In this document: in pieces, positions 26,383 to 37,313 of the stretch
Position numbering within the stretch: position 1 is the stretch's first letter
Layout: each line of letters starts with the position of its first letter
Assembly: GCA_030531695.1 (NCBI GenBank)
Contig: JAUNMV010000001.1
Location: 9,137 to 73,136, forward strand
Direction of reading: 5' to 3'
Length of the DNA stretch: 64,000 nucleotides
DNA from: Bacilli bacterium
GTDB taxonomy: Bacteria > Bacillota_I > Bacilli_A > RF39 > UBA660
The notes under the pieces: model-generated
Told to the model about the DNA's origin: nothing
The model's input: only the letters and a program-made list of their open reading frames with translations
Database searches by the model: none
Program-made: the position numbers and the translations under genes

Positions 26383-27855
26383 ATGTATAGAGGAAAATCA
26401 ATAGAAGAATTAAGAAAATCTTTAGATAGTGGAGAAACAACAAAAGAAGAACTATTTGATAAAGCAAATAGATTAGCTCATTATTTTCAAGATGACTATA
26501 ACTCTTTTGTAACTATTATTGATAAACCAAAGTTTAAAGAAAGAGAAAGTTTAATTAGTGGAATCCCTTATGCTTTAAAAGATAACTTTTCAACAAGTGG
26601 AATCTTAACTACAGGATCTTCTAATATCTTAAAAGACTACGTTCCTGTATATGATGCAACTGTTTATAAAAAGCTAAAAAATGCTGGAGCTACTCTAGTA
26701 GGAAAAACAGTTCTAGATGAATTAGCTATGGGTGGAACTGGTACAACAGGCCACACAGGTATAGTAAGAAACCCTTGGGATAAAGAAAGAATGATCGGAG
26801 GTTCATCTGCAGGTTCAGCTGCAGCAGTAGCCTTAGGAATAGTTCCATTCTCAATAGGTTCTGATACAGGAGACTCAGTAAGAAAACCAGCTGCTTTAGG
26901 TGGTATAGTTGGATTTAAACCAACATATGGAAGAATATCTCGTTATGGATTATTCGCCTTCGCTTCAAGCTTAGATCACGTTGCATTATTTTCTCGTAAC
27001 GTAAAAGATGCAGCTATAGTTACAGATATCATAAAAGGATACGACAGATTAGATATGGTTACTTTAAAAGATGATGGTAAAAAATATACTGATACTATAG
27101 AAGATGATATTAAAGGTAAGAAACTTTTCTATATCAAAGAAATCTGTGATAAAGAATTATATAAAGATTCAGGTGACGAAGTATTATTCGAAGTACTTGA
27201 TAAATTTAAAGAGTTAGTTGAAAAATGTAGACAACAAGGATTTATCGTAGAAGAAGTATCAATAGATAAAAAATTATTAGCAGCTATATATCCTACATAT
27301 ATGTGTATAAGTTGTGCAGAAGCCACTTCAAATAATGCAAACCTTACAGGTATCCAATTTGGTCCTCGTGGAGAAGGAGAAAGCGTAGAAGAAATAATGT
27401 TCTCTTCACGTACTAAAGGATTCTCAGAATTAATAAAAAGAAGATTTATCTTAGGAAGTTATATTTTACAAAAAGAAAATCAAGAAAAATTATTCTTAAA
27501 CGCTGGTCGTGTTAGACACATGATAGTGGATAAAATTACTGAATTATTTAAAGAGTATGATGGAATGATTCTACCTGCTTCAGGTGGTATTGCATCTAAG
27601 TTTGATGCATCAAGTGAAAAAGTAGAAAAATTATCAGACAGATATTTAATTCTTGAAAACCACTTAGCAATAGGAAACTTTGGTGGATTTCCATCAATTA
27701 CACTTCCTTATGGATTTGTTCAAGATATGCCAATAGGAGTAAACATAACAGGTAGAATTAAAGAAGATGACTTAGTACTAAATATGGCAAACTATGTAGA
27801 AAAAGTAACTGGTTATAAGGATCAGTATGCAAAGGTAGGTGATATAGATGTTTAA
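26383..27855 (+). CDS. gatA: Asp/Glu-tRNA amidotransferase subunit A
   Basis: Amidase signature GGSSAGSAAAVA. The start could also be the GTG at 26374. Confidence 0.9.
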   Translation: MYRGKSIEELRKSLDSGETTKEELFDKANRLAHYFQDDYNSFVTIIDKPKFKERESLISGIPYALKDNFSTSGILTTGSSNILKDYVPVYDATVYKKLKNAGATLVGKTVLDELAMGGTGTTGHTGIVRNPWDKERMIGGSSAGSAAAVALGIVPFSIGSDTGDSVRKPAALGGIVGFKPTYGRISRYGLFAFASSLDHVALFSRNVKDAAIVTDIIKGYDRLDMVTLKDDGKKYTDTIEDDIKGKKLFYIKEICDKELYKDSGDEVLFEVLDKFKELVEKCRQQGFIVEEVSIDKKLLAAIYPTYMCISCAEATSNNANLTGIQFGPRGEGESVEEIMFSSRTKGFSELIKRRFILGSYILQKENQEKLFLNAGRVRHMIVDKITELFKEYDGMILPASGGIASKFDASSEKVEKLSDRYLILENHLAIGNFGGFPSITLPYGFVQDMPIGVNITGRIKEDDLVLNMANYVEKVTGYKDQYAKVGDIDV

Positions 27856-29287
27856 AGTAGTAATAGGACTTGAAGTTCACTGTGAACTTACAACAAATAC
27901 AAAGAACTTCTCTGCAGCTCCAAATAAATTTACTGAGTATCCAAATGAATATGTATCAACAGTAGACTTAGGTCTTCCTGGGATACTTCCAGTAGCAAAC
28001 AAAGAAGCATGTAGAAAAGCTCTAAAAACAGCTATGGCTCTTCACTGTGAAACACCAGATGAAGTAATATTCGATAGAAAAAACTACTTTTATGCAGACT
28101 TACCTAAAGGTTATCAAATAACTCAAAACTATAAGCCAATGGGAGTAAATGGTTATCTAGATATTATGGTAGATGGACATGTTAAAAGAGTGGATATTCA
28201 TGACTTACATCTAGAAGAAGATACAGCATCATTAGAACATTTTCCTAAATATTCATTAATAGACTATAACAGAAGTGGTATACCACTAATGGAAATAGTA
28301 ACAGAGCCATGTTTAAGCAGTGCAGATGAAGCAGTAACATTCTTCGAAGATTTAAGAGACGTATTCTTATTCTTAGGAGTAAGTGAAGCAAAATCAAACT
28401 ACGGTCAAATGAGATGTGATGTAAACATTTCATTAATGGAAGAAGGAGCAACTGAATTAGGTACTAAAGTAGAAATGAAAAATATAAATGCTACTGCCTC
28501 AATCAGACAAGCAATTGAATACGAAATAAAACGTCAAAGTGAATTACTATTAAAAGGAGAAAAAGTAGTTCAAGAAACAAGAAGAATTGGAGAAGATGGT
28601 AAAACTTACTCAATGAGAGAAAAAGTTGATGCCTTAGATTATAAATATTTTATTGAACCAAACATCCCATCAACTCCTATATCTGATGAATTAAAATATG
28701 AAATAAAAAGTGAAATACCAGAATTAAAACTAGAAAGATATTTAAAATATGTAGATGAATTAAAAATAGATGAATACAATGCAGAAATATTATCTAAAGA
28801 AAGAAAAATATCTGATTACTTTGAAGAAGTCTTATCTTATGGTAGTGATACAGAATTAGCAGTAAACTTTGTAACATCTACTGTATTAGGTACTTTAAAT
28901 AAATTAGAAATAACTCTAGATGAATTCTTTATAACACCAAAAATGTTAAGTGAAGTAATAAAATTAGTTCACTCTAGTGAAATAAGTTTAGATCATGCTA
29001 GAAAAATTATCTATGAAGCAATAGACAAAAAAGTAGAGCCTGGAGAGTTAATTAAAAAACAAAATCTACATCAAATAAATGATGAAGATGAATTGTTAAA
29101 ATTAATTACTAAGATAATGGATGAAAATACAGAAATTGTAAGACAATATGTAGAAGACGGAAATATGTCTGCAATAAACTTCTTCATAGGTCAAACAATG
29201 AAACAATCAAATAGACAAGCAAACCCAAATAAATCAAAAGAAATAATTACACAAGAATTAGAAAGGAGAAAACAAAATGCAAAATAA
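27848..29287 (+). CDS. gatB: Asp/Glu-tRNA amidotransferase subunit B
   Basis: N-terminus VIGLEVHCEL and a GatB/YqeY C-terminal domain. Confidence 0.9.
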   Translation: MFKVVIGLEVHCELTTNTKNFSAAPNKFTEYPNEYVSTVDLGLPGILPVANKEACRKALKTAMALHCETPDEVIFDRKNYFYADLPKGYQITQNYKPMGVNGYLDIMVDGHVKRVDIHDLHLEEDTASLEHFPKYSLIDYNRSGIPLMEIVTEPCLSSADEAVTFFEDLRDVFLFLGVSEAKSNYGQMRCDVNISLMEEGATELGTKVEMKNINATASIRQAIEYEIKRQSELLLKGEKVVQETRRIGEDGKTYSMREKVDALDYKYFIEPNIPSTPISDELKYEIKSEIPELKLERYLKYVDELKIDEYNAEILSKERKISDYFEEVLSYGSDTELAVNFVTSTVLGTLNKLEITLDEFFITPKMLSEVIKLVHSSEISLDHARKIIYEAIDKKVEPGELIKKQNLHQINDEDELLKLITKIMDENTEIVRQYVEDGNMSAINFFIGQTMKQSNRQANPNKSKEIITQELERRKQNAK

Positions 29288-31016
29288 ATTTAGAGATCAT
29301 CATGTAATAGAATTAAACGATACAATCGGTGAAGTTGTAAGAGTAGCTGGATTTGTAGAGAATATAAGAGATCACGGAGGAGTATTATTCTTAGATTTAA
29401 GAGATAATACTGGTGTAGTACAAGTAGTAAGTAACGATGATAGTATTTTTGATGGTATTACTCGTGAATCAAGTATTACTATTAAAGGTACTATAAGAAA
29501 AAGAGAAGAAGATGACTACAATGATAGAATTGCAACAGGTACTATAGAACTATTAGTTGATGAATTAGAAGTATTAGGCAAAGCAAGAAATATCTTACCA
29601 TTTGAAGTAATGACATCTCGTGAATCAAATGAAGAAACTCGTCTTAAATATAGATATCTAGATTTAAGAAACCCAAAAGTTAAAGATAACATTATCTTTA
29701 GAACAAAAGTTATTAGTTACTTAAGAAAGATTATGTCTGAAGATGACTTCTTAGAAATACAAACACCAATACTTACAGCATCATCTCCAGAAGGAGCAAG
29801 AGACTTCATTGTACCATCTCGTAAATTTCATGGTAAGTTCTATGCACTACCTCAAGCACCACAACAATTTAAACAATTACTAATGTGTGGAGGATTTGAT
29901 AAGTACTTCCAAATTGCACCATGCTTTAGAGATGAAGATGCAAGAAGTGATAGAGTATATGGAGAATTCTACCAATTAGACTTTGAAATGGCATTTGCTG
30001 AAGAGGAAGATGTTTTAAAGGTAGGAGAAGAAATATTTAGAAAAGTATTTAAGGAATTTGCTCCAACTAAAAAATTAAGTGAAGAACCATTCACAAGATT
30101 AACATTTAAGGAGTCAATGGATAAGTATGGAACAGATAAACCAGATTTACGTAACCCATTAACTATAATTGATTTAACAGATGTATTTGAAAGTACTACA
30201 TTCCGTCCATTTAGAGGAGTACCAGTAAAAGGTATAGTAGTAAAAGGTATCGCTGATAAATCAAACTCATGGTTTAATGAATTAGTAGATTTTGCAAACT
30301 CAATTGGTATGCCAGGTATTGGATATTTCAAAGTAAATGAAGATATGAGTTTTGCAGGTCCTATCGATAAATTCTTATCAGAAGATGAAAGAGAAGACTT
30401 AATTAGTGTTGGTAAATTAGCTGCAGGAGATGTAATCTTCTTTATAGCAGATAGAACAAGAGCAGCAAAATTTGCAGGACAAATTAGAGATGAATTAGGT
30501 AGAAAATTAGAGTTAATTGATAAAGATGAATTTAAATTCTGTATCGTAAAAGACTTCCCAATGTTTGAGTGGAGTGAAGAAGAAGATAAATATATCTTTA
30601 CACACAACCCATTCTCTATGCCACAAGGTGGTATGGATGCTTTAAATACAAAAGATCCAAAAGATGTATTAGCATATCAATTCGACTTTGTATGCAATGG
30701 TATAGAAATGTCTAGTGGAGCAGTAAGAAACCATGACTTAGATGTTATGCGTAAAGCATTCGAAATAGCTGGATATGGAGAAGATGAATTAAAAACTAGA
30801 TTCAAAGCTTTATATGAAGCATTCTCTTATGGAGCACCACCACATGCTGGTATGGCTCCTGGAATCGATAGAATGTTAATGTTATTATTAGATGAAGATA
30901 CAATAAGAGAAACTATCGCATTCCCAATGACTGCTGGAGGTTCAGACGTATTAATGGAAGCTCCTGCAGAAGTAACTGAATTACAATTAAGAGAAGCACA
31001 CATAAAAATAAGATAA
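29277..31016 (+). CDS. aspS: Aspartate--tRNA ligase (bacterial type; probably non-discriminating given its context)
   Basis: Motifs CFRDEDARSDR and PPHAGMAPGIDR. Overlaps the gatB stop. Confidence 0.9.
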   Translation: MQNKFRDHHVIELNDTIGEVVRVAGFVENIRDHGGVLFLDLRDNTGVVQVVSNDDSIFDGITRESSITIKGTIRKREEDDYNDRIATGTIELLVDELEVLGKARNILPFEVMTSRESNEETRLKYRYLDLRNPKVKDNIIFRTKVISYLRKIMSEDDFLEIQTPILTASSPEGARDFIVPSRKFHGKFYALPQAPQQFKQLLMCGGFDKYFQIAPCFRDEDARSDRVYGEFYQLDFEMAFAEEEDVLKVGEEIFRKVFKEFAPTKKLSEEPFTRLTFKESMDKYGTDKPDLRNPLTIIDLTDVFESTTFRPFRGVPVKGIVVKGIADKSNSWFNELVDFANSIGMPGIGYFKVNEDMSFAGPIDKFLSEDEREDLISVGKLAAGDVIFFIADRTRAAKFAGQIRDELGRKLELIDKDEFKFCIVKDFPMFEWSEEEDKYIFTHNPFSMPQGGMDALNTKDPKDVLAYQFDFVCNGIEMSSGAVRNHDLDVMRKAFEIAGYGEDELKTRFKALYEAFSYGAPPHAGMAPGIDRMLMLLLDEDTIRETIAFPMTAGGSDVLMEAPAEVTELQLREAHIKIR

Positions 31017-31040
31017 AAGGTTAGAAATAACCTTTTTCTT
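31016..31040 (+). terminator. Terminator after aspS
   Basis: aaaggtta-gaaa-taaccttt hairpin followed by Ts. Confidence 0.6.
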
Positions 31041-31104
31041 ATCCAATTTTATGTTGTCATAAGAAAAATAATAATGTATAATAATAGACGTTGGAGGAAA
31101 TAAT

Positions 31105-32424
31105 ATGGCAAAGAAAAAAGAAGAAACTGTTGTTGAAGAAACAAAAGAAACAAAAAATAAAAAAGCTAAAAGTAATAATACTCATGAAGTAGTTATAAAA
31201 ATAGAAGGAGAAACATGGACTAAGGCTTTAGATAAAGCTTTTGCTAAAAAACAAAAGACTGCTAAAGTAGATGGATTCCGTGCTGGTAAAGTTCCTAGAG
31301 ATATTTATGAAAAGAACTTTGGTAAAGAATCATTATTCTTAAATGCTGCTGATGCTTGCCTACAAGAAGCATTTATGAAAGCAATGGATGAATCTAAATT
31401 AGTTCCAGTAGTACAACCTTCAGTAGATTTAAAAAGTATAGCTGAAGATGGAGCAGAATTTATATTCAAAATTATTACTAAGCCAGAAGTAAAAGTAAAA
31501 AAATATAAAGGTTTAAATATTAAACCAGAAAAAGTAGAAGTTACTGATGAAGAAGTAAATCATGAATTAGGACACTTATTAGAAAGATATACTGAATTAT
31601 CTACAAAAGAAGACGGAGCTGTTGAAAATGGTGATGTTGCAGTAATCAACTTTGAAGGATTCAAAGATGGTGTAGCTTTCGAAGGTGGAAAAGGTGAAAA
31701 TTATTCATTAGAAATCGGATCAAATACATTTATTCCAGGATTTGAAGAACAAGTAATTGGAATGAAAGTTAATGAAGAAAAAGATCTTAACTTAACTTTC
31801 CCTAAAGAATACGGAGTAGCTGATTTAGCTGGTAAAGATGTTGTATTCAAGGTTAAAGTAAATGAAATTAAACAAAAAGTAACTCGTGAATTAGATGAAG
31901 AATTCTTTGAAGATTTAGGTATGGAAGGTGTAGACTCTGAAGCTAAATTAAAAGAAGAAATTAAAAAATCAATCGAAGCTCAAAAAGAAATGGATGTTGA
32001 AAACAAATACATCGATACAATCTTAGAAGAAGTATCTAAAAATGTAGAAGTAGATATTCCTCAAGAAATGGTTGATGAAGAAGTAGATAGATTATTAGGA
32101 AGATTCGCAGAGCAAATGAAGATGCAAGGAATCTCACTAGATTTATATTATCAATTCACTCAAAGTACTGAAACTGATTTAAGAAATCAACTAGAAAAAG
32201 AAGGATACTCAAACGTATTATATAGATTAATGTTAGAAGAAATTACTAACTTAGAAAATATTGAAATTTCTGATGAAGAAGCAGATAAAGAAGCTGAAGA
32301 ATTAGCTAAAAAATATCAAATGGATAAAGAAGATTTCTTAAAAGAATTCGGTGGAGTAGATATGGTTAAATATGATCTACAAATGCGTAAGACTATCGAA
32401 AAGTTAAAAGAATTAAATAAGTAA
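31105..32424 (+). CDS. tig: Trigger factor
   Basis: GFRAGKVP ribosome-binding signature and an FKBP-like middle domain. Confidence 0.9.
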   Translation: MAKKKEETVVEETKETKNKKAKSNNTHEVVIKIEGETWTKALDKAFAKKQKTAKVDGFRAGKVPRDIYEKNFGKESLFLNAADACLQEAFMKAMDESKLVPVVQPSVDLKSIAEDGAEFIFKIITKPEVKVKKYKGLNIKPEKVEVTDEEVNHELGHLLERYTELSTKEDGAVENGDVAVINFEGFKDGVAFEGGKGENYSLEIGSNTFIPGFEEQVIGMKVNEEKDLNLTFPKEYGVADLAGKDVVFKVKVNEIKQKVTRELDEEFFEDLGMEGVDSEAKLKEEIKKSIEAQKEMDVENKYIDTILEEVSKNVEVDIPQEMVDEEVDRLLGRFAEQMKMQGISLDLYYQFTQSTETDLRNQLEKEGYSNVLYRLMLEEITNLENIEISDEEADKEAEELAKKYQMDKEDFLKEFGGVDMVKYDLQMRKTIEKLKELNK

Positions 32425-32437
32425 TTTAAATAATTAG

Positions 32438-32466
32438 AAAAGGAATTAGAAATAATTCCTTTTTTT
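32438..32466 (+). terminator. Terminator after tig
   Basis: aggaatta-gaaa-taattcct hairpin followed by T6. Confidence 0.6.
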
Positions 32467-32551
32467 GTGCAATAAATCATCTTTTTTCTTGAAAAATAAG
32501 ATAATTATTATATAATAGTAAGCAGTAGTAAAATTTGGAGGTGACAAATAC

Positions 32552-34849
32552 ATGAATATAAAAAAGCTTCTAGTTTTAGTAGTAAACGATATGGTCATCT
32601 TTCCAAACAATGAAGTAAGAATAGAATATGATAATATTCATGATAATCAAATGATCAGTATAGTAGAGAGTATTGAGGATAACTTAATGTTAATAGTTAA
32701 TCCAATTTACTCTGAATCAGGTGACGATCTTACTTCTTTACCAAATTACGGTGTATTAGGTAGATTAAAATTAAAAATGGTTGTACCTAATGGAAAAACA
32801 AGATTAGTTATTGAAGGCGTAGAACGTGTTGAAATAAAAAATTATACACAAGAAGATAAATTTTTTAGAGCAAATTACAACGAATTAGAAATTCCTAAAT
32901 CAGATGAAGATAGTGATTATTTTAATATATTATTAGGTTCTCTAGAAAAGTATATTAATAAGGTTCCTTATATGGGTAATGCTATTCTTTCACAATTAAA
33001 TAGAGTAGATAATCTAAGTGATCTATGTGACATGATAGCTTCTTCTATAAATTTAGATTATGAAAAGAAAAAAGAATACATAACTGTAATAGATCCTATA
33101 GAACGTAGTAAAAGATTAATTAAAGATATGAATGAATCTTTAAAATATATAGAACTCGAGCAAAGAATAGAGCAAGAAGTAGAAGAAGAATTAAATGAAA
33201 CACAAAAAGAATACTTCTTACGTGAAAAGATAAAGCTAATGCAACAAGAATTGGGCGAAGCTAATAGTAAAGATGATGAAGTAGTAAAACTTAATAAAAA
33301 ACTAAGTAAGTTAAAGTGTCCTACTAAAGTAAAAGAAAAGATTAAACGTGAAATATCTAGATATGAATCAATGAATTCTAATTCTCCAGAATTAGGTATG
33401 ATTAGAGAATATATAGACTGGATGCTTAATCTTCCATGGAATAATTTTACTAAAGATACATCATCTCTTAAAGAAGTACGAAGTATTTTAGATTCATCTC
33501 ACTATGCATTGGAAGATGTAAAAACTCGTATACTAGAATATCTTGCAGTAAAACAAAATACTAATAATTCTAAGAGTCCTATTATATGTTTAGTAGGACC
33601 TCCTGGAGTTGGTAAAACATCCCTTGCACTAAGTATTGCCAAATCACTTAATAGAACTAGTGCCAAAATAAGTGTTGGCGGAATTAATGATGAAGCAGAA
33701 ATAGTTGGTCATAGAAGAACATATATAGGTGCAGCTCCAGGTAGAATAATTCAAGGAATCAGAAAAGCTGGAACATCAAATCCAGTATTCATTATTGATG
33801 AAATAGATAAAATGACTAAAGATATCAAAGGTGATCCAGCATCATCTCTTCTAGAAGTATTAGATCCAGAACAAAACAATAAATTCTCAGATCATTACAT
33901 AGAAGAAGAATTTGATTTATCGAATGTTCTATTTATTGCTACAGCAAATTATATAGAACAAATCCCATATGAATTAAGAGATAGATTAGAAATAATAAAT
34001 ATATCTAGTTATACAGAATATGAGAAATTAGACATTGCAAAAAAACATTTAGTACCAAAAGAATTAGATTCTCATGGATTAACACCATTACAAGTACAAA
34101 TAGATGACGATAGTCTATTATACTTAATAAGATGTTATACAAAAGAAGCAGGAGTTCGTGATTTAGAAAGAACAATAGCTACTTTATTTAGAAAGATAGT
34201 TAAAGAAATATTATTAGATGGCAAAGCTCCATTCTATCAAATAGATAAGAAGTTAATTGAAGAGTTCTTAGGAGTTCCAAAATATTCTTATAATGAAAAT
34301 GATAAGAATAGAGAATCTGGTGTAGTTAATGGAATGGCTTACACAGTATTTGGTGGAGATATTCTTCAAATAGAAGCTAATTTATATAAAGGAAAAGGAG
34401 AATTAATTTTAACTGGTTCCTTAGGAGATGTAATGCGAGAATCTTGTAGAATTGCTTTAAGTTATATTAAAGCTAATACTAAAGAATATAAGATTGATAG
34501 TAAAGTATTAGAGGAAAATGATATACATATCCATGTTCCAGAAGGAGCAGTAAATAAAGATGGACCATCTGCTGGTATCACAATTACTACAGCTTTAATT
34601 AGTTTATTAAAAGATAAAAAAGTAGATAATACAATTGCTATGACAGGTGAAATAACACTTCGTGGTAGAGTATTACCTATAGGTGGATTAAAAGAAAAAG
34701 TAATTGGTGCTCATAGAGCAGGTATAAGGAAAATATTCTTACCAGTAGAAAATGAAAAAGATTTAGAAGATATTCCAGAAGAAATAAAAAAGGATATTAA
34801 ATTTATCTTTGTTCGTAATTATAAAGAAATATATAAGAAGATATTTTAA
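32552..34849 (+). CDS. lon: ATP-dependent Lon protease (LonA type)
   Basis: Walker A GPPGVGKTS, catalytic DGPSAG and the downstream Lys region. Confidence 0.9.
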   Translation: MNIKKLLVLVVNDMVIFPNNEVRIEYDNIHDNQMISIVESIEDNLMLIVNPIYSESGDDLTSLPNYGVLGRLKLKMVVPNGKTRLVIEGVERVEIKNYTQEDKFFRANYNELEIPKSDEDSDYFNILLGSLEKYINKVPYMGNAILSQLNRVDNLSDLCDMIASSINLDYEKKKEYITVIDPIERSKRLIKDMNESLKYIELEQRIEQEVEEELNETQKEYFLREKIKLMQQELGEANSKDDEVVKLNKKLSKLKCPTKVKEKIKREISRYESMNSNSPELGMIREYIDWMLNLPWNNFTKDTSSLKEVRSILDSSHYALEDVKTRILEYLAVKQNTNNSKSPIICLVGPPGVGKTSLALSIAKSLNRTSAKISVGGINDEAEIVGHRRTYIGAAPGRIIQGIRKAGTSNPVFIIDEIDKMTKDIKGDPASSLLEVLDPEQNNKFSDHYIEEEFDLSNVLFIATANYIEQIPYELRDRLEIINISSYTEYEKLDIAKKHLVPKELDSHGLTPLQVQIDDDSLLYLIRCYTKEAGVRDLERTIATLFRKIVKEILLDGKAPFYQIDKKLIEEFLGVPKYSYNENDKNRESGVVNGMAYTVFGGDILQIEANLYKGKGELILTGSLGDVMRESCRIALSYIKANTKEYKIDSKVLEENDIHIHVPEGAVNKDGPSAGITITTALISLLKDKKVDNTIAMTGEITLRGRVLPIGGLKEKVIGAHRAGIRKIFLPVENEKDLEDIPEEIKKDIKFIFVRNYKEIYKKIF

Positions 34850-34853
34850 AATA

Positions 34854-34888
34854 AAGAAGATGATACGAATAATACATCTTCTTTTTTC
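34854..34888 (+). terminator. Terminator after lon
   Basis: gaagatg/catcttc hairpin followed by T6. Confidence 0.5.
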
Positions 34889-34911
34889 ATACATTTCTAT
34901 AGGAGGAACGT

Positions 34912-35616
34912 ATGAGAAAAATAATTAATTTTGATAAACAATTAGAATTTCCATCAATGATTGGAGAAATAACATCAATTTCTTTAGATCAAAATCTAGC
35001 ATTTAAAGATGAAAGTAATATTGAAGGAAGTTTATTAGTAAAAGGGACATATAAAAGAACAGAAGCATCTAGATTAGAAGAAGAGTTCTCTTTTGATATT
35101 CCAACAGAGATCATAATGGCAGAAAGATTAGATCTTACTACTACCAGTATTGAAATAGATGATTTTTATTATGAAATAGAAAAAGAAGATACAATTAATT
35201 GCCACATATCAATTCTTGTAGAAGGTATGGAAATAATAGATATAGATGACAATATTGAATTAGAAAATCATGAAACGGTAATAAGTAATATAGAGGAAAG
35301 AGAATGTGATGGCGATAACACCTATGAAGAAACATATGAAGAACCTAAACAAGAATTAATAGAAAGTGAGAAAGAAGAAATTATGTCAGAAATTAAAGAA
35401 GAAAAAGAAGATGCAGAGGATGTAGGGTCATTATTCACATCACTTAAAGATAGTGAAGAAACATATTCAACGTATTCAGTTTATATAGTAAGAAAAGAAG
35501 AAACATTAGAATCAATATTAAGTAAATTTAAAATTACTAAAGAAGATCTAGAATCTTATAATGATATAAAAGATATAGGGATTGGTAGTAAATTAATAAT
35601 ACCTATGAATGAATAA
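34912..35616 (+). CDS. SpoVID-like protein (DUF3794-like N-domain, acidic middle, C-terminal LysM)
   Basis: C-terminal LysM YSVYIVRKEETLESILSKFKITKEDLESYN...GSKLIIP. The N-terminal layout resembles Bacillus SpoVID. Followed by a ysxE-like gene as in B. subtilis. Confidence 0.55.
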   Translation: MRKIINFDKQLEFPSMIGEITSISLDQNLAFKDESNIEGSLLVKGTYKRTEASRLEEEFSFDIPTEIIMAERLDLTTTSIEIDDFYYEIEKEDTINCHISILVEGMEIIDIDDNIELENHETVISNIEERECDGDNTYEETYEEPKQELIESEKEEIMSEIKEEKEDAEDVGSLFTSLKDSEETYSTYSVYIVRKEETLESILSKFKITKEDLESYNDIKDIGIGSKLIIPMNE

Positions 35617-36466
35617 AATAAGTTATTTAAAAAGTGTAAAAGTAATTGATAATGGTAAAAGAAAAATAGTCTTAAAAAAAGAAAACCATACAATACACGA
35701 AGTATATAATTTACTAGAGAATAGAAAATTTGAATACTATTTAAATCCTATATATAGAGATAATGATTATGAAATATATCCTTATATAAAGGAAATAGAT
35801 ATATCTAAAAGTGATAAGTCAATTGATTTAATTCATATAATGTCCCTACTACACAATAAAACAACTTCATATGAAGAAATATCTTTAGATGAAATAAAGA
35901 AAATATATGAAGATATAATAAATGAAATCAATATGAAGTATGAGTATTATTTAAAATTACAAGATGAGTATGAACAACATATTAATATGACTCCAAAAGA
36001 ATTACTTTTAATGAAAAATATATCTAAAATTTACTATATGTTAAAACTATCACGAGATAATATTGAATTATTTTATAAAAATATAGAAACTGAGAATCAT
36101 ATCAGAAAAGTTCAAATACATGGTAATTTATCATTAAGTCATATCTTAGAATCAGAAGATAAATATATAATAAGTTGGGGTAATTCAAGAAAAGATTTTC
36201 CAATAGTTGACTTAGTAAACTTCTATAAAAATAACTACAATGATATTGATATTAAATCTTTGTATGAGGAATACAATAGAAAATATCAATTGAATAATAT
36301 AGAAAAACATTTATTCTTTTCTCTAATAAATATTCCCAAATATATAGTAGAAAAAAATGATTACTACCTAGATACCTTAGAAGTAAAAAAGATAGTTGAC
36401 TATCTAAATAAAACTATAGAATTTACGTTAGAGCAAAATAAAGAAAATCAAGAAACCGACAAGTAA
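35609..36466 (+). CDS. YsxE/CotS-family spore-coat kinase-like protein (catalytic loop degenerate)
   Basis: HGNLSLSHIL in place of HGDxxxxN, and ISWGNSRKDFPIVDL in place of the DxD region. Position is downstream of the spoVID-like gene. Confidence 0.45.
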   Translation: MNKISYLKSVKVIDNGKRKIVLKKENHTIHEVYNLLENRKFEYYLNPIYRDNDYEIYPYIKEIDISKSDKSIDLIHIMSLLHNKTTSYEEISLDEIKKIYEDIINEINMKYEYYLKLQDEYEQHINMTPKELLLMKNISKIYYMLKLSRDNIELFYKNIETENHIRKVQIHGNLSLSHILESEDKYIISWGNSRKDFPIVDLVNFYKNNYNDIDIKSLYEEYNRKYQLNNIEKHLFFSLINIPKYIVEKNDYYLDTLEVKKIVDYLNKTIEFTLEQNKENQETDK

Positions 36467-36649
36467 AAATTCAAATAATAAAATAATCGCATTTAATCTA
36501 GTTGTAATAAAAACAAGTAGTAGAAGTTGATAAAAGACTATTATTATAGTAATTAGAATACTTGAAAGATAAAAAATATTACTACGTCTCTTAATCTTAC
36601 AGGTATTACACTTACAAAACATAGGATGTCTAATCTTCATATACATCAC
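36428..36649 (-). CDS. Small Cys-containing membrane protein (hypothetical)
   Basis: CKCNTCK followed by two hydrophobic helices. Overlaps the 3' end of the convergent gene. Weak support. Confidence 0.25.
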   Translation of the reverse strand: MMYMKIRHPMFCKCNTCKIKRRSNIFYLSSILITIIIVFYQLLLLVFITTRLNAIILLFEFLLVGFLIFFILL

Positions 36650-36689
36650 CTATATTATTTTATGACAATAGTTTAACTATGTGATTTTA

Positions 36690-36719
36690 TTGGACTTTAA
36701 TATTTATAAATAGTATAAT
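36690..36719 (+). promoter_or_regulatory. Rubrerythrin promoter with an overlapping PerR/Fur-like 7-1-7 box
   Basis: TTGGAC, 18-nt spacer, TATAAT. TTATAAATAGTATAA (36704..36718) matches 13/15 positions of the Per-box consensus TTATAATnATTATAA. Confidence 0.35.
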
Positions 36720-36766
36720 TAAAGCAAGGAGTATCCTTAAAATACTATAAGAAAAGAGGTAATATA

Positions 36767-37309
36767 ATGGAACTAAAAGGATCTAAAACAGAAGCTAACT
36801 TAATGGCTGCGTTTGCAGGAGAATCACAAGCAAGAAACAAATATACTTATTTTGCATCAAAAGCAAAAAAAGATGGATATGAACAAATAGCTGCTATTTT
36901 TGAAGAAACAGCAAACAATGAAAAAGAACATGCTAAAATGTGGTTTAAAGAATTAAATGGTGGAGAGGTTCCATCAACAGTAGAAAACCTTAAAGCAGCA
37001 GCAGATGGTGAAAATTATGAATGGACAGACATGTATGAAGAATTTGCTCGTGTAGCTGAAGAAGAAGGATTTAAAGCTATAGCTGCTAAATTCAGAATGG
37101 TTGGAGAAATTGAAAAACATCATGAAGAAAGATATAGAAAATTATTAAAAAACATTGAAGATGAAGTAGTCTTCTCTAAAGATGGAGATAGAATTTGGAT
37201 TTGCCGTAATTGTGGACATGTAGTAGTAGGAAAGAACGCACCAAAAGTATGTCCAGTATGCGCACATCCACAAAGCTTCTTCGAAGTAAAAGCAGAAAAT
37301 TATATGTAA
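36767..37309 (+). CDS. rbr: Rubrerythrin
   Basis: Diiron ExxH motifs (EKEH, EKHH) and a C-terminal rubredoxin-like CRNCG...CPVC. Confidence 0.9.
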   Translation: MELKGSKTEANLMAAFAGESQARNKYTYFASKAKKDGYEQIAAIFEETANNEKEHAKMWFKELNGGEVPSTVENLKAAADGENYEWTDMYEEFARVAEEEGFKAIAAKFRMVGEIEKHHEERYRKLLKNIEDEVVFSKDGDRIWICRNCGHVVVGKNAPKVCPVCAHPQSFFEVKAENYM

Positions 37310-37313
37310 TATT

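Noticed and set aside
29969-30607. 212-aa ORF antisense to aspS
   Set aside because: It lies wholly inside a well-supported aspS reading frame. It is Ser/Leu/Asn-rich low complexity, typical of shadow ORFs in AT-rich, codon-biased genes, and has no SD or promoter.
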